Shown here: positions 63,880 to 64,000 of the stretch, piece by piece
Numbering within the stretch: the first letter of the stretch is position 1
Layout of the letters: the number at the start of each line of letters is the position of its first letter
NCBI GenBank assembly: GCA_951406725.2
Contig: OX597818.1
Location: 43,772,001-43,836,000, forward strand
Origin: Octopus vulgaris
Taxonomy: Eukaryota
Reading direction: 5' to 3'
Length of the DNA: 64,000 nucleotides
Notes under the pieces: generated by a model
The model's input: only the letters and a program-made list of their open reading frames with translations
Database searches by the model: none
Told to the model about the DNA's origin: nothing
Translations under genes and position numbers: made by a program

Positions 63880-64000
63880 ATTCCGATGGATGTGTAATGT
63901 CAGTGTGCATACTTGACAGAGTGCAAGTACCTTGAGAAAAAAGTTGGACCTAAGAAGCATCAGATGTGGTGTGCAAGAGAGACGACTGCACTGGTATGGT
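63880..64000 (+). mobile_element. RTE LINE 3' fragment running off the window
   Basis: RWMCNVSV..LR.KLDLRSIRCGVQERRLHWYG. Confidence 0.8.

Overview
AT-rich animal genomic DNA, most likely a cephalopod (Octopus-like SINE, MITE and microsatellite landscape; inferred, not proven). The + strand carries the 5' part of one large spliced gene, CKAP5/chTOG (XMAP215/Msps family microtubule polymerase). I traced 28 coding exons from the ATG at 14016 to 63781. They join in consistent phase into 3531 nt / 1177 codons (TOG1-TOG4 and the linker into TOG5), and the gene continues past the window end. One intron requires a GC donor, and part of exon 18 is duplicated just upstream of itself. Introns and the 14 kb upstream contain tRNA-derived SINEs, RTE and CR1 LINE fragments, piggyBac-, Tc1/pogo- and Mutator-like MITEs and Helitron remnants. 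The most unusual signal is a set of short, mostly TSD-flanked, often internally inverted Penelope-type elements carrying minimal type-I hammerhead-ribozyme folds with identical geometry but different core letters (positions 3:8 read C:G, U:A, A:C or G:C). One of them is a GIY-YIG-encoding Penelope insertion whose inverted terminal repeat couples a tRNA-like Pol III promoter to the hammerhead. A 258-bp loopless palindrome and several other long inverted repeats give the pre-mRNA much potential dsRNA. All alignments and folds were done by eye; repeat boundaries are approximate.
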